Origin: Candidatus Poribacteria bacterium
GTDB lineage: Bacteria > Poribacteria > WGA-4E > WGA-3G
Length of the DNA stretch: 64,000 nucleotides
Assembly: GCA_965205025.1 (NCBI GenBank)
Contig: CBDBFU010000028.1
Span: 192,001-256,000 of the forward strand
Direction: 5' to 3'
A model generated the notes under the pieces. The model had not been told where the DNA came from. It saw only the letters and a list, made by a program, of their open reading frames with translations, and made no database searches. Numbering within the stretch: the stretch's first letter is position 1; every line of letters begins with the position of its first letter. Both the position numbers and the translations under genes were made by a program. Positions 7,580 to 18,402 of the stretch are shown here, one piece after another.

Positions 7580-10519
7580 ATGCAGAATTCTGAGCAAGCA
7601 TTAGAACAAGTCCTCACAAATGAAATTGATGGGGAGGTTAGATTTGATGCATACTCAAAAGCACTATATAGTACAGATGCAAGTCTATATCAAATTGATC
7701 CAATAGGCGTTATTGTCCCAAAGAACAAGCAGGACGTAATAAAAACGGTTCAGATTGCTGCTGAACGAAAAATTCCAATTCTACCACGCGGTGGCGGAAC
7801 AAGTCTGGCAGGACAGAGTGTTGGTGAAGCAATCATTATAGACATGTCTAAGTTTATGAACGAATGTTTAGAAATTAACATTGATGAACATTGGGCACGC
7901 GTCCAACCCGGAATTGTCCTTGATGAACTAAATCACCAACTCAAACAACATGGACTGATGTATGCTCCAGATGTAGCAACAAGCAGCCGCGCAAACGTTG
8001 GCGGAACAATCGGAAATAACTCAGCGGGATCTCACTCCCTTATATATGGTAAGACTATAGACCATGTCATGTCACTCGACCTGATCCTTGCCAATGGAGA
8101 TGAAATTACTGCTGTCCCTTTATCTTTCCAGGAATTAGCATCAAAAAAAGAATCCTCTACCTTGGAAGGGAACATCTATCGTGAACTCTGCAGGATTTGT
8201 GCTGACAATGAGGATGAAATTCGTAAGAGATACCCTCAAATTCTTCGAAGAGTTGCAGGATATAACCTTGATGAGTATGTTCCTAATGCTGGTTCAAAAG
8301 AGGTAACACCCTACCGTCGAGACGGATGTGATGCACATCATCCTTTTAACTTAACTAAAATAGTTGTTGGTTCAGAAGGCACTTTGGCAACTACGGTTGA
8401 AGCGAAAATCAATTTAGTTCCTATACCCATAATGACAGGTTTATGTGTTGTTCATTTTGACTCACTCATAACTTCAATGGAAGCAATGCAGACTATCTTA
8501 GACTGTAATCCTACAGCCGTTGAACTAATTGATAAAACTATACTTGGCATGGCACGTGGTTCCATAGAATTCTCAAGACTAACAAGTTTTATACAGGGTG
8601 AACCTGAAGCACTTCTTGCTGTTGAATTTTATGGAGAGAATGAAGATGAACTGAACAATCACATAGACAAGCTTGAAAATACATTGAAACGTGAGAATTT
8701 CGGATATGCTTTTGTCAGATGTTTTACTGCCGAAGAAAAAGCAAGGGTTTGGGAAACCAGAAAAGCAGGACTCGGTTTACTTATGGGGATGAAAGGGGAC
8801 GCAAAACCGATAGGGTTTGTTGAAGATGCCGCAGTAGCAATCGAGAAGTTACCTGAATATGTCACACGATTCGATAAAATCGTAAAAAAACATGATACAA
8901 CTGCATCATACTACGCTCATGCAAGTGTTGGACTACTCCACAACCGGCCTGTAATCAATCTAAAATCAGAAACTGATATTCATAAGATGCATAATATAGC
9001 AAGGGAAGTAAGAGACCTGCTTTTAGACCTTGGTGGAGCAATGAGTGGAGAACATGGAGATGGTCTGGTACGTAGTGAATGGATCGAAAGCATGTTTGGG
9101 CTGCAAATTTACCAAGCACTACGAGAAGTTAAAAACGCATTCGACCCTGACGGAATTATGAATCCTGGGAAGATCATCGATCCACCCCCAATGACGGAGA
9201 ATCTACGTTTCGGTCCAAAATATAACACTATTAACATTGAAACCTATTTTGATTATTCTGCTCAAGATGGGTTCAACCGTGCTATAGAGATGTGTAATGG
9301 AGTCGGTGCATGTAGGAAGACACTCACCGGCACAATGTGTCCATCTTTCATTGCTACACGGGAAGAGGAACATTCTACACGTGGTCGGGCAAATGCTCTC
9401 CGTTCAGTTATTTCTGGAGCATTACCCACTAAAGATTTTACAAGTGAACGACTCTATGATGTTCTGGATTTATGTTTAGGCTGCAAAGCATGCAAGGCGG
9501 AATGTCCTTCTAATGTTGACATGGCTAAAATAAAGTATGAAGTGTTGGCTCATTACCGAAAAGCAAATGGACTTCCTCTTCGGAATAGGCTCTTTGGGGA
9601 AATAGGGTCGCTTGCTGGTTTGGGGTCAGCATTTGCACCATTCTCCAATTGGGCAACGAATAACCCCGTTTCAAAATGGATTGCTGAACAACTCATGGGA
9701 ATTGACCGACGAAGAGACATGCCTTCTTTTGTTCATACTACTTTTGAAAAATGGTTTACAAAACGTTCATCCCAAAATTCTTCAGACAAAAAAGTTGTTC
9801 TGTTTCACGATACTTTTTTGAATTATAGTGAACCAAATATCGGCAAAGCTGCTACCTACGTTTTAGAATCCGCAGGTTATGAAGTGATTCTACCTGAGAA
9901 ACGGTGTTGTGGAAGACCTTTAATATCTGAAGGCATGTTGGATAAAGCCATTGATAACGCACATTACAATATAGAAAAACTGCATAAATATGCTGTGCAA
10001 GGAATACCAATAATCTGTTGTGAACCGAGTTGTACATCCGCATTAACTGATGATTATGTTGATCTTATCAACACACCTGAAGCAAAGCAGGTTGCAGACG
10101 CAACTTATTCAATAGAGGAGTTCTGTATAAATGAGAAACAAGAGGATAATCTACAACTCTCATTTAATGGACAATCAAACGATATCCTATTACATGGACA
10201 TTGCCATCAGCGCGCACTTGTCGGTACACAACCTGTTAAGCAATTGCTTGAAATGCCACCTGGGAATACTGTTGAAATAATTGATTCAAGTTGCTGTGGT
10301 ATGGCAGGTTCGTTTGGTTACGAAAAATCACATTACGATATCTCAATGAATATTGGGGAACTCCGTCTTTTCCCTTCTATCCGTGAAAGAAATGATAACT
10401 TTATACTGTCAGCGTCAGGATTCTCATGTCGACATCAGTTAGAACACGGAACCGGTATTCTACCTAAACACCCTATCAAGGTGTTAAGCGAAGCTATAAA
10501 AGCCGATAAAGGGCTATAG
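7580..10519 (+). CDS. FAD-linked oxidase with fused 4Fe-4S and CCG domains (YdiJ / D-2-hydroxyacid dehydrogenase-like)
   Basis: PRGGGTSLAGQ, SGEHGDG, MNPGKI, CNGVGAC, CLGCKACKAECP, CCG motifs and HGHCHQ. Confidence 0.85.
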   Translation: MQNSEQALEQVLTNEIDGEVRFDAYSKALYSTDASLYQIDPIGVIVPKNKQDVIKTVQIAAERKIPILPRGGGTSLAGQSVGEAIIIDMSKFMNECLEINIDEHWARVQPGIVLDELNHQLKQHGLMYAPDVATSSRANVGGTIGNNSAGSHSLIYGKTIDHVMSLDLILANGDEITAVPLSFQELASKKESSTLEGNIYRELCRICADNEDEIRKRYPQILRRVAGYNLDEYVPNAGSKEVTPYRRDGCDAHHPFNLTKIVVGSEGTLATTVEAKINLVPIPIMTGLCVVHFDSLITSMEAMQTILDCNPTAVELIDKTILGMARGSIEFSRLTSFIQGEPEALLAVEFYGENEDELNNHIDKLENTLKRENFGYAFVRCFTAEEKARVWETRKAGLGLLMGMKGDAKPIGFVEDAAVAIEKLPEYVTRFDKIVKKHDTTASYYAHASVGLLHNRPVINLKSETDIHKMHNIAREVRDLLLDLGGAMSGEHGDGLVRSEWIESMFGLQIYQALREVKNAFDPDGIMNPGKIIDPPPMTENLRFGPKYNTINIETYFDYSAQDGFNRAIEMCNGVGACRKTLTGTMCPSFIATREEEHSTRGRANALRSVISGALPTKDFTSERLYDVLDLCLGCKACKAECPSNVDMAKIKYEVLAHYRKANGLPLRNRLFGEIGSLAGLGSAFAPFSNWATNNPVSKWIAEQLMGIDRRRDMPSFVHTTFEKWFTKRSSQNSSDKKVVLFHDTFLNYSEPNIGKAATYVLESAGYEVILPEKRCCGRPLISEGMLDKAIDNAHYNIEKLHKYAVQGIPIICCEPSCTSALTDDYVDLINTPEAKQVADATYSIEEFCINEKQEDNLQLSFNGQSNDILLHGHCHQRALVGTQPVKQLLEMPPGNTVEIIDSSCCGMAGSFGYEKSHYDISMNIGELRLFPSIRERNDNFILSASGFSCRHQLEHGTGILPKHPIKVLSEAIKADKGL

Positions 10520-10550
10520 GACACATTTCCCCCTACAAGGAGATCGAACA

Positions 10551-11996
10551 ATGCGGAAGATTTTTGAACCGCTTGAAGACTTTAAAACTATTGATTTACC
10601 TGAAAAGGAATTACCGTTTTGGAAAATCGCTGGTCCAGGGGCAATCTTAGTTGGTTTATCCATTGGTGCTGGTGAAATTGTCATTTGGCCCCTAATTGCT
10701 GCTGAATACGGTGGGAGTATGGTCTGGGCAGCAGTTTTGGGTGTCTTTCTACAGCTTTGGATAAACTTTGAAGTCGGAAGATATACAATTGCTACTGGGG
10801 AAACTGTATATACAGGTTATAGTCGTATATGGCGGGGATTTGCTCCACTCTTCATCCTACTAATCGTCGTCGGTTGGATCGCACCTGGTTGGGCACGGGA
10901 ATCTGGTGCTGCCCTAAAAGCTCTCATTTTCAATTCAAAATGGATGGAAGGAACATTCTGGGGATCAGATACTTTTTGGATTATAATTACCTTCTCTCTT
11001 GCTTCTCTCATTCTATTCGGACCAAAAATGGTCTATCAGTCTGTAGAACACACTATTGAGATACTTGTTGCAGTGGTAACCGTAGGACTTATACTTGTTG
11101 CTATTTTAGTCGGTTCTTGGGATACTTGGAAGGAATTAGGGTCAGGTATAATAAATGTTGGGTATAAGGATCCTAAGATGTCAGTAAAAGCCTTATTTAT
11201 TGCTTTAGTTTTTGCAGGAGCAGGGGGGACCGCGAATCTATTCTATACCTTCTATCTACGAGATAAGAATATAGGTATGGGTGCGAGAGTTCCAGGTCTA
11301 CGAAATCCACTCAGAGGTCGGACTGAAAAAGTTCCTGCAGGTGGATATCTCTTTGAAGATACCGAAGATAATCGTCGACGTTTTGCTGATTGGTGGCGTT
11401 ACATTAAAAGTGATCAAATGCTTTTCTTTTGGGCACTTAATACATTTACAATTCTACTATTCATTTTCGGCGCACTGGCAGTCCTACGTCCAGAAGGAAT
11501 TGTGCCTGATAAAAGTCAACTTATTTTCGATGAAGCAAATATATTAGGCAAAAGCTTTGGTGAATTCGGACGACGCATCTTCCTTATGGTTGGGGTTGCT
11601 ACCCTGTTTGGAACACAACTCGCACTACTTGATGGTGTGGGTCGATCTATTTCAGATATAATTTATACCAACTTTAAAAAGGCACAAAAACGTGCAATGA
11701 GTTGGTGGTATCTACTCATAGTAGGGATCTGGATTGTCGCTGGAATTGTAATTACCTATATCATGGAACAGTTAAATGTTAGTGGTCTCGGTTTCCTATT
11801 CAGTGCCGCATATATGGGTGGATTTGCAATGGCAATCTACGTTCCACTAACTTTGTATATGAATTATCGCTTTTTACCTGGATTCGCAAGACCAAAAACT
11901 TTATCAACTATTATGATGTTTATTGCATCTGCTGTATATATCGGATTTGCAATCGCAAGTATAATTTGGGAGATTAATCGACTCATTGGAGGTTAA
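10551..11996 (+). CDS. Nramp-like (APC superfamily) membrane transporter
   Basis: GPGAILVGLSIGAGE, RYTIATGE, about 11 hydrophobic segments. Confidence 0.7.
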   Translation: MRKIFEPLEDFKTIDLPEKELPFWKIAGPGAILVGLSIGAGEIVIWPLIAAEYGGSMVWAAVLGVFLQLWINFEVGRYTIATGETVYTGYSRIWRGFAPLFILLIVVGWIAPGWARESGAALKALIFNSKWMEGTFWGSDTFWIIITFSLASLILFGPKMVYQSVEHTIEILVAVVTVGLILVAILVGSWDTWKELGSGIINVGYKDPKMSVKALFIALVFAGAGGTANLFYTFYLRDKNIGMGARVPGLRNPLRGRTEKVPAGGYLFEDTEDNRRRFADWWRYIKSDQMLFFWALNTFTILLFIFGALAVLRPEGIVPDKSQLIFDEANILGKSFGEFGRRIFLMVGVATLFGTQLALLDGVGRSISDIIYTNFKKAQKRAMSWWYLLIVGIWIVAGIVITYIMEQLNVSGLGFLFSAAYMGGFAMAIYVPLTLYMNYRFLPGFARPKTLSTIMMFIASAVYIGFAIASIIWEINRLIGG

Positions 11997-11997
11997 A

Positions 11998-12819
11998 ATG
12001 GACAAGAATTCCCAGAAGGCCTTTTTTGAAAAGGAAGGCTATCTTATTGTTGAAAACATATTATCACAAGCAGAAGTAGTGGAGTGCCAATCAGAAATTC
12101 AACGCTTACATGAGTTTGCTGCAGGTCAAGAATCCGAAACAGAAAAAGATCGCGCAGATATAGCACGAAGACATGTACAGCACGAACCTTTCGCCAAAGA
12201 CGAAACACAAGGGAATGAATTACCTGTTCTTAGAAAAGCTGAAAATACAAGACAATACTCAGACATTTTTCGTAATTTAGCACAACATCCTAATCTTGTA
12301 GCAGTACTTCAAAACCTTCTCGGTGAAGATCTACTCCTATTTAGAAGTACTCTTATGTTTAAACCTGCTCTTCACGGATCATCACATGGATTGCATCAAG
12401 ATTCTGCATATTGGCCTATGGAACCACCAAGATTGGTCACTGTTAGTATTGCTCTTAACGACGCTACTCCTGAAAATGGGTGCTTTAAAGTTGTCCCACG
12501 CAGCCACTTATGGGGTGTTCAACAGTGGGGTGGCATTGCAAGACAACAGGATGCTGAACTTACAGATCGTGAAGAAGTCGCAAAACAGCAAATGGATGTT
12601 CCTCTCTCAGCTGGTAGTGCACTGTTTTTTCACAGTCTCATGGTACACGGCTCTGGTCCAAATACAACACCACATCCCAGAAATACCGCTCTATATGCAT
12701 ATTTTTCACCTGAGGTACGATATGTAACTAAAGATGGAAAAGGAGAACGTGCATTCCCTGTAATTTCCGGACTTGACGGAAAAGATGAGATGACGTTCAT
12801 TGCACAGAAGGCATCTTAA
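11998..12819 (+). CDS. Phytanoyl-CoA dioxygenase (PhyH) family Fe/2OG dioxygenase
   Basis: FEKEGYL, HQD...H facial triad, ENGCFKVVPRSH, HGSGPNT; GGAGG RBS. Confidence 0.88.
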   Translation: MDKNSQKAFFEKEGYLIVENILSQAEVVECQSEIQRLHEFAAGQESETEKDRADIARRHVQHEPFAKDETQGNELPVLRKAENTRQYSDIFRNLAQHPNLVAVLQNLLGEDLLLFRSTLMFKPALHGSSHGLHQDSAYWPMEPPRLVTVSIALNDATPENGCFKVVPRSHLWGVQQWGGIARQQDAELTDREEVAKQQMDVPLSAGSALFFHSLMVHGSGPNTTPHPRNTALYAYFSPEVRYVTKDGKGERAFPVISGLDGKDEMTFIAQKAS

Positions 12820-12838
12820 CGCAAACAAAAGGGGAACC

Positions 12839-13633
12839 ATGAAAGTCGCCTTGGAAAAACACACAGCAATTGTCACTGGTGGTGCACAAGGGATTGGCAA
12901 GGCAATAGTACAATTGCTGGTAAAGAATGGTGCAAGTGTTGCCATTGTTGATATAGATGTGGAATCAGGTAACAAAACCACACAAGAAATCCGAGAAATA
13001 GGTGGAAAGTCTATCTTCGTTGAGGCGGATGTTGCAAATCCTAATCAGATGGAAGCAGCTGCAAAAACCATCATTACGGAACTCGGCAGCATTCAGATTC
13101 TTATCAACAATGCGGGAATAAATACACGCAGTGAACGTGTTCCAATACACCAATATACTTTAGAAGATTGGCATCGTATTTTACAAGTTGACCTAACCGG
13201 TGTATTCGTCGTAAGTCGCACAATCATCCCCTACATGCTTGAGAACCCACCAGGTCGTATTGTCAACATTAGTTCCATTGCTGGATTAGTGCCACTCCGT
13301 CTTCAAAGTGCATTCGTTGCAGCAAAAGCTGGTGTTGCAAATCTAACACGTTCAATGGCACTGGAACTCGGTCCACAAGGTATTCTGGTAAATGCTGTTG
13401 CTCCCGGTTCAACATTAACAAAAGGCACAAAAGCACTCTTTTACGGGGAAGATGGTGCCTATACAGAAAAGGCTGCAAGTCTTCTCTCTCACATCCCCCT
13501 TGGTCGACCAGGGAACGTGGAAGAAATAGCTGCAGCCGTTTTATTTTTAGTCGCGCCTGAAGCAAGTTATGTAAATGGAACTATTCTAACTGTTGATGGT
13601 GGATGGACAGCAGGTTATACTCGAGATTGGTGA
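12839..13633 (+). CDS. Short-chain dehydrogenase/reductase (FabG-like)
   Basis: TGGAQGIG, NNAG, VNAVAPG, VDGG; the catalytic YxxxK appears as FVAAK. Confidence 0.85.
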   Translation: MKVALEKHTAIVTGGAQGIGKAIVQLLVKNGASVAIVDIDVESGNKTTQEIREIGGKSIFVEADVANPNQMEAAAKTIITELGSIQILINNAGINTRSERVPIHQYTLEDWHRILQVDLTGVFVVSRTIIPYMLENPPGRIVNISSIAGLVPLRLQSAFVAAKAGVANLTRSMALELGPQGILVNAVAPGSTLTKGTKALFYGEDGAYTEKAASLLSHIPLGRPGNVEEIAAAVLFLVAPEASYVNGTILTVDGGWTAGYTRDW

Positions 13634-13660
13634 GCATAGATATGTTCTTGGTCCGTATAA

Positions 13661-14077
13661 TCAAGGATTTGGTGGTGAAGTGCAAATCAAAACTTCCAAT
13701 GTTTCATCACCTGTGTTTTCTATCCCATGCTCACACCACGGTGGCAAGTGAATAAATGTACCCGCCTTTACTGGAACCTTCTCATCCGCAATAGTCATAG
13801 TGCCTTCACCGCGAATGATCACATAACACTCCTCAGTATGATGACTACCGGGTTCTAATACCACATGAGGTGGTACAAAAAACATCACCATCCCTAAATT
13901 CTCTGCAGGTGCTTTCGGATTGGCAGGATGAACAACACGTACCCCAATTCCATCACAACCAGGATATTTTACCGGCACACCATCCTGAACAGTTACGACG
14001 TTTGCTCTAACCTGTCCTTTAGGTTTGGATACAGGGGGTTCTCCTTCATATCCTTTAAACATTTTTATTTTTGCCAT
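13661..14077 (-). CDS. Cupin domain protein
   Basis: SHHTEECY...G.G and PPWCEHGIENTG cupin motifs. Confidence 0.8.
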   Translation of the reverse strand: MAKIKMFKGYEGEPPVSKPKGQVRANVVTVQDGVPVKYPGCDGIGVRVVHPANPKAPAENLGMVMFFVPPHVVLEPGSHHTEECYVIIRGEGTMTIADEKVPVKAGTFIHLPPWCEHGIENTGDETLEVLICTSPPNP

Positions 14078-14105
14078 CAGATTACCTCAAAACTCAAGGA
14101 TATGT

Positions 14106-14855
14106 TTACGACACAACACTGTTACGTAAAACACCAATTCCCGCAATTTCTACCTCAACAACATCACCTGATTTCAAAGCAGTTGTTGTGCCAGGAGTTC
14201 CTGTGTAAATTGCATCACCAGGTTCCAATGTTATTGCCTTAGATATGAAACTCACAATTTCTGGTACAGGAAAAATTAAGTCTGCCGTTGTTTGAGATTG
14301 TACCACATCTCCATTAATTCGTGTTTCTAACTGAAGATCGCTATAATCAAGATCTGTAACAACTACAGGTCCCATAGGTCCAAACGTATCAGAAGCTTTG
14401 GCACGCCACCATTGCAGATCATTCTTCTGCCATGTTCGAGCACTCACATCGTTCCCACAAGACACACCTAAAATGTTAGCAGCTGCTTCATCAGGATTGG
14501 CTTTAGATGTACGCTCCTTAATGATGACAACCAATTCACCTTCCGCATGCACATCATCATCACCATCAGGAAGGACAATCTCTCCTTCAGGATCATTAAT
14601 ACAAGATGGGGTCTTGATAAAAATCTCTGGATTCTTCGGTTCAGGTGCATCACCTAAATGACTCCGATAATTCAAGCCAACTGCTAACACTTTGGATGGT
14701 TTCGTCGGGGCAAGCAGTTTTACATCTTCTATAGATATAGATTCACCGGTCTCGTTAAAATCTGTAAATGGACAAGCATCCAATTTTCGTATATTATCTC
14801 CATCAACAATTCCATATTCAACAGTTCCATTCAAGTCATATCGAGCTAATTTCAT
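14106..14855 (-). CDS. Fumarylacetoacetate hydrolase family protein
   Basis: AVGLNYRSH, HAEGEL, NDVSAR, KASDTFGPMGP, TGTP. Confidence 0.9.
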   Translation of the reverse strand: MKLARYDLNGTVEYGIVDGDNIRKLDACPFTDFNETGESISIEDVKLLAPTKPSKVLAVGLNYRSHLGDAPEPKNPEIFIKTPSCINDPEGEIVLPDGDDDVHAEGELVVIIKERTSKANPDEAAANILGVSCGNDVSARTWQKNDLQWWRAKASDTFGPMGPVVVTDLDYSDLQLETRINGDVVQSQTTADLIFPVPEIVSFISKAITLEPGDAIYTGTPGTTTALKSGDVVEVEIAGIGVLRNSVVS

Positions 14856-14986
14856 ATATAATCCTCCTTTGTTATTCTCACATATATATACCGTTTTGTC
14901 AACAATTCTTCCGATATATCACCTAACAAACTCCATCTGTCAAATCGTTCAGATAAACTGGACAATTGCATACTACTGACAAAACT

Positions 14987-15015
14987 TTGACTTTTTTATC
15001 TCTACGAGTTACAAT
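14987..15015 (+). promoter_or_regulatory. Sigma70-type promoter of argC
   Basis: TTGACT, 17 bp spacer, TACAAT. Confidence 0.6.
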
Positions 15016-15047
15016 ATACAATATAGACTATTTACGAAGGTAATTGC

Positions 15048-16091
15048 ATGACAAAAATCGGAATCGTCGGTGCATCCGGCTATAGTGGCAGTGAATTATT
15101 AAGATTTTTAGTTAACCATTCTGGTCAACTGAAGGTAGAACTTGTCACATCAGAAACCTACGCTGGACAACGGGTCGAATCCGTACTACCACACCTTCGA
15201 GATTTCATTGATCTTGATTTTGAACCATTAGAGATCGGATCACTAAAAAACCGTGTTGATGTTGTTGTTTTAGCTGTACCTCATAAGGTTGCAATGACAT
15301 ACACACCACAAATCCTCGCGCAAGACTTGCGAGTCGTAGATTTTAGTGCTGACTACCGTCTTAAAAATGTACAAATCTATAGCGATTGGTACCATACTGA
15401 ACATACAAGTCCTGATCTATTCCAAAATGCTGTATACGGTTTACCCGAACGTTACCGTGAGAAAATTCGAGATGCGAAACTCGTTGCCAATCCTGGATGT
15501 TATCCTACCAGTGCTATACTCGCCACATTACCCTTACTTAACAATAGACTCATAGATTTAGATTCTATTATTGTTGATGCCAAATCTGGAATATCTGGAG
15601 CAGGTCCTAAACCCAAAGATACAACCCATTACCCAAATAGAGAATCTAATCTTGTAGCATACAATATTGGTAAACACCGTCATACACCTGAGATAGAACA
15701 GGAATTAGGTGCAATTGCTGGGGATTCAATTTCAATAACCTTCACTCCACATTTAGTTCCCATGACTCGTGGCATTCTCAGTACAGTTTACGCTCGATTG
15801 GAACAACCACTTGACACTGAAACAGTACTTGATGTCTATAAAAACTTCTATCAGAGTGAACCATTTATACGAGTTCTCGACATTGACGAATACCCCCAAA
15901 CAAAATCTGTCCTGGGTAGCAACTATTGTGATGTTGGAATTGAAGTAGACAAACGAACACAACGCATTGTTGCTATGGCTGCTATAGATAATCTTGGTAA
16001 AGGGGCAGCGGGTGCAGCAGTTCAGAATCTAAACCTTATGTTTGACTGTGATGAAACTGACGGTCTAAAATCACCTGGACTGATGCCTTAG
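15048..16091 (+). CDS. argC: N-acetyl-gamma-glutamyl-phosphate reductase
   Basis: GASGYSG, ANPGCYPT, DAKSGISGAG, HRHTPEI, IDNLGKGAAG. Confidence 0.95.
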   Translation: MTKIGIVGASGYSGSELLRFLVNHSGQLKVELVTSETYAGQRVESVLPHLRDFIDLDFEPLEIGSLKNRVDVVVLAVPHKVAMTYTPQILAQDLRVVDFSADYRLKNVQIYSDWYHTEHTSPDLFQNAVYGLPERYREKIRDAKLVANPGCYPTSAILATLPLLNNRLIDLDSIIVDAKSGISGAGPKPKDTTHYPNRESNLVAYNIGKHRHTPEIEQELGAIAGDSISITFTPHLVPMTRGILSTVYARLEQPLDTETVLDVYKNFYQSEPFIRVLDIDEYPQTKSVLGSNYCDVGIEVDKRTQRIVAMAAIDNLGKGAAGAAVQNLNLMFDCDETDGLKSPGLMP

Positions 16092-16136
16092 TTCCCTTAC
16101 TTGACATTCGGAGTTTGCCATTACAAACCTATCCTA

Positions 16137-17285
16137 ATGGAACTTATGATTGTCGCTGGTGAACCCTCCGGTGACCTACACGCCTCACACGTCGTAACTG
16201 CACTCAAGAAACTACACCCCGATATCACAGTATACGGTATGGGTGGAGATATGATGGAAGAATCAGGTGTGTCACTGGATATACACATCCAAGATTCTGC
16301 TGTGATGGGAATCTTAGAAGCTATCACTGTTCTCCCTAAATTCCTCAAAAAACTCTCACTGCTAAAGAAAAGACTCCGAGATAAACATCCTGATCTGTTG
16401 CTACTTGTTGACTTTGCGGAGTTTAATACCCCATTAGCAAAATATGCTCAGAAGTTAGGTATTAATGTAGTTTACTATATACCTCCAAAAGCATGGGCAT
16501 GGCGTCCTGGTAGAGCGAAAAAAATCGCTGAACGCACAAATGTTGTTGCCGCAATTTTCCCTTTTGAATCAGAATTCTATGAGAAGGCTGGCGCATCTGT
16601 AAAATTCGTAGGACACCCTTTAGTAGACTTTGCCTACACTGATCTCACATCGGAACTGGCACGTGAGAAATTAGGAATTCAAAATGATTCCCATGTAATC
16701 GGTTTAATGCCCGGAAGTAGACGATCAGAAGTGCAACGCATTCTACCAATTATGCTCCAAGCAGCTGTAAATATCCAAAAAACATATCCTGATACTGAAT
16801 GGATACTCCCCAAAGCACCAAGTATATCAGATGAACAGATAGAATCTTGTAAAATCGGAATTGATGATGTGCCTACTATTAAACTGATACACGATGATAC
16901 ATACACAGCAATGCGAGCTGCAACATTGATGTTCGTCACCTCTGGAACAGCAACACTTGAAACTGCTTGTATTGGCACACCGATGATAATACTCTATCGC
17001 ACTTCACCCTTAAATTGGAAGATCGTAAACTGGTTAACACATTTAGAACACAGTGGTTTACCTAACCTAATAGCAGGTAAACGTATTGTACCAGAATTGC
17101 TACAAGAAAATTTATCCACACAAAGTCTAACAGATCTCACAATTAACCTGTTTCAGAATCCCAATCAACTTGAGATACAAAAAATAGCTCTAAATCATGT
17201 CTATAACCAATTAGGGGAGTCCGGTGTAGCAGATAATACGGCACAAATAATATTGGACCAAGCTGCATTGGCAACTAAGTCCTAA
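16137..17285 (+). CDS. lpxB: Lipid-A-disaccharide synthase
   Basis: VAGEPSGD, WAWR, FVGHPL, MPGSRRSE, TSGTATLE, LPNLIAG. Confidence 0.93.
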   Translation: MELMIVAGEPSGDLHASHVVTALKKLHPDITVYGMGGDMMEESGVSLDIHIQDSAVMGILEAITVLPKFLKKLSLLKKRLRDKHPDLLLLVDFAEFNTPLAKYAQKLGINVVYYIPPKAWAWRPGRAKKIAERTNVVAAIFPFESEFYEKAGASVKFVGHPLVDFAYTDLTSELAREKLGIQNDSHVIGLMPGSRRSEVQRILPIMLQAAVNIQKTYPDTEWILPKAPSISDEQIESCKIGIDDVPTIKLIHDDTYTAMRAATLMFVTSGTATLETACIGTPMIILYRTSPLNWKIVNWLTHLEHSGLPNLIAGKRIVPELLQENLSTQSLTDLTINLFQNPNQLEIQKIALNHVYNQLGESGVADNTAQIILDQAALATKS

Positions 17286-17287
17286 CA

Positions 17288-18400
17288 ATGAAACACATCC
17301 TCTATTCATTCATTACTACTAAACAACCTGGTTTCTTCACCTCTCTCTTTCGGATACTACTAACACCGTTAACATGGTTCTACGGAACAATAGTTTGTAT
17401 ACGTAACTTCTGTTACGATTCCAATATACTTAAACAGACAAAATTACCATGTCCTGTAATTAGTTTTGGAAATATAGTTGTTGGAGGAACAGGTAAAACA
17501 CCAGCTGTTGAATCAACAGCAAAACTACTACAAGAAGCAGGATATAAGGTCGCTATTCTACTACGCGGTTATGGAAGAAAAAGTTCAGAAAAGATTTTGA
17601 TCGTCTCGGATGGGCATAGATGTCTATGCACAAGATTAGAAAGTGGGGATGAGGCATACCTACTTGCACACAAACTTAATGGAATACCGATTATCGTCGG
17701 TAAAAATCGAGTTGATACCGGAAAAATTGCCTGTGACCAATTTGATTGTGATATTATCCTATTGGATGATGGATACCAGCATCGTAAATTGGTACGGGAT
17801 ATTGATATTCTAACAATTGATTCTACACAACTCTTTGGTACAGAATCACTACTACCAATAGGAACACTCAGAGAACCATTAGCATCGTTAAAACGTGCAA
17901 ATATCATTCTACTCACTCGAGTAGATATATCTAACACACAGATTGCCAACTTGAAGAATAAGATTAATCAACGGATTCAAAATACTCCTATTTTAGAGAG
18001 TATACACCATCCATCATCATTGTATGAGTTAGGAAATCATTATATTCCGATTGATAAATCCAAAACAATTCCAATGAAGAATTTAGAAGGCAAACGGATT
18101 TTAGCAGTGTGTGGAATCGGAAACCCAGAGGCATTTAAAAAAACACTACTATATTTCAATCCAGAATTTATTGAGTTATTACCATTTCCAGACCATCATA
18201 TCTATACTGATTCAGATATAGAAAAAATAATACAACAGTCTAAACAAGTCAATGCTGAATGGGTCATTACTACACAGAAAGATGAAGATAAACTATCATC
18301 ACTATCACAACATATACGAGTTCTCGTATTATCAATTGAACTTATTATAACTGATGGAAAAGAAGTATTACTCAAAGAATTGCAGACTAAAATAAACTGA
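17288..18400 (+). CDS. lpxK: Tetraacyldisaccharide 4'-kinase
   Basis: GNIVVGGTGKTP, RGYG, DDGYQH, LLPIGTLRE, FPDHH. Confidence 0.93.
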   Translation: MKHILYSFITTKQPGFFTSLFRILLTPLTWFYGTIVCIRNFCYDSNILKQTKLPCPVISFGNIVVGGTGKTPAVESTAKLLQEAGYKVAILLRGYGRKSSEKILIVSDGHRCLCTRLESGDEAYLLAHKLNGIPIIVGKNRVDTGKIACDQFDCDIILLDDGYQHRKLVRDIDILTIDSTQLFGTESLLPIGTLREPLASLKRANIILLTRVDISNTQIANLKNKINQRIQNTPILESIHHPSSLYELGNHYIPIDKSKTIPMKNLEGKRILAVCGIGNPEAFKKTLLYFNPEFIELLPFPDHHIYTDSDIEKIIQQSKQVNAEWVITTQKDEDKLSSLSQHIRVLVLSIELIITDGKEVLLKELQTKIN

Positions 18401-18402
18401 AT

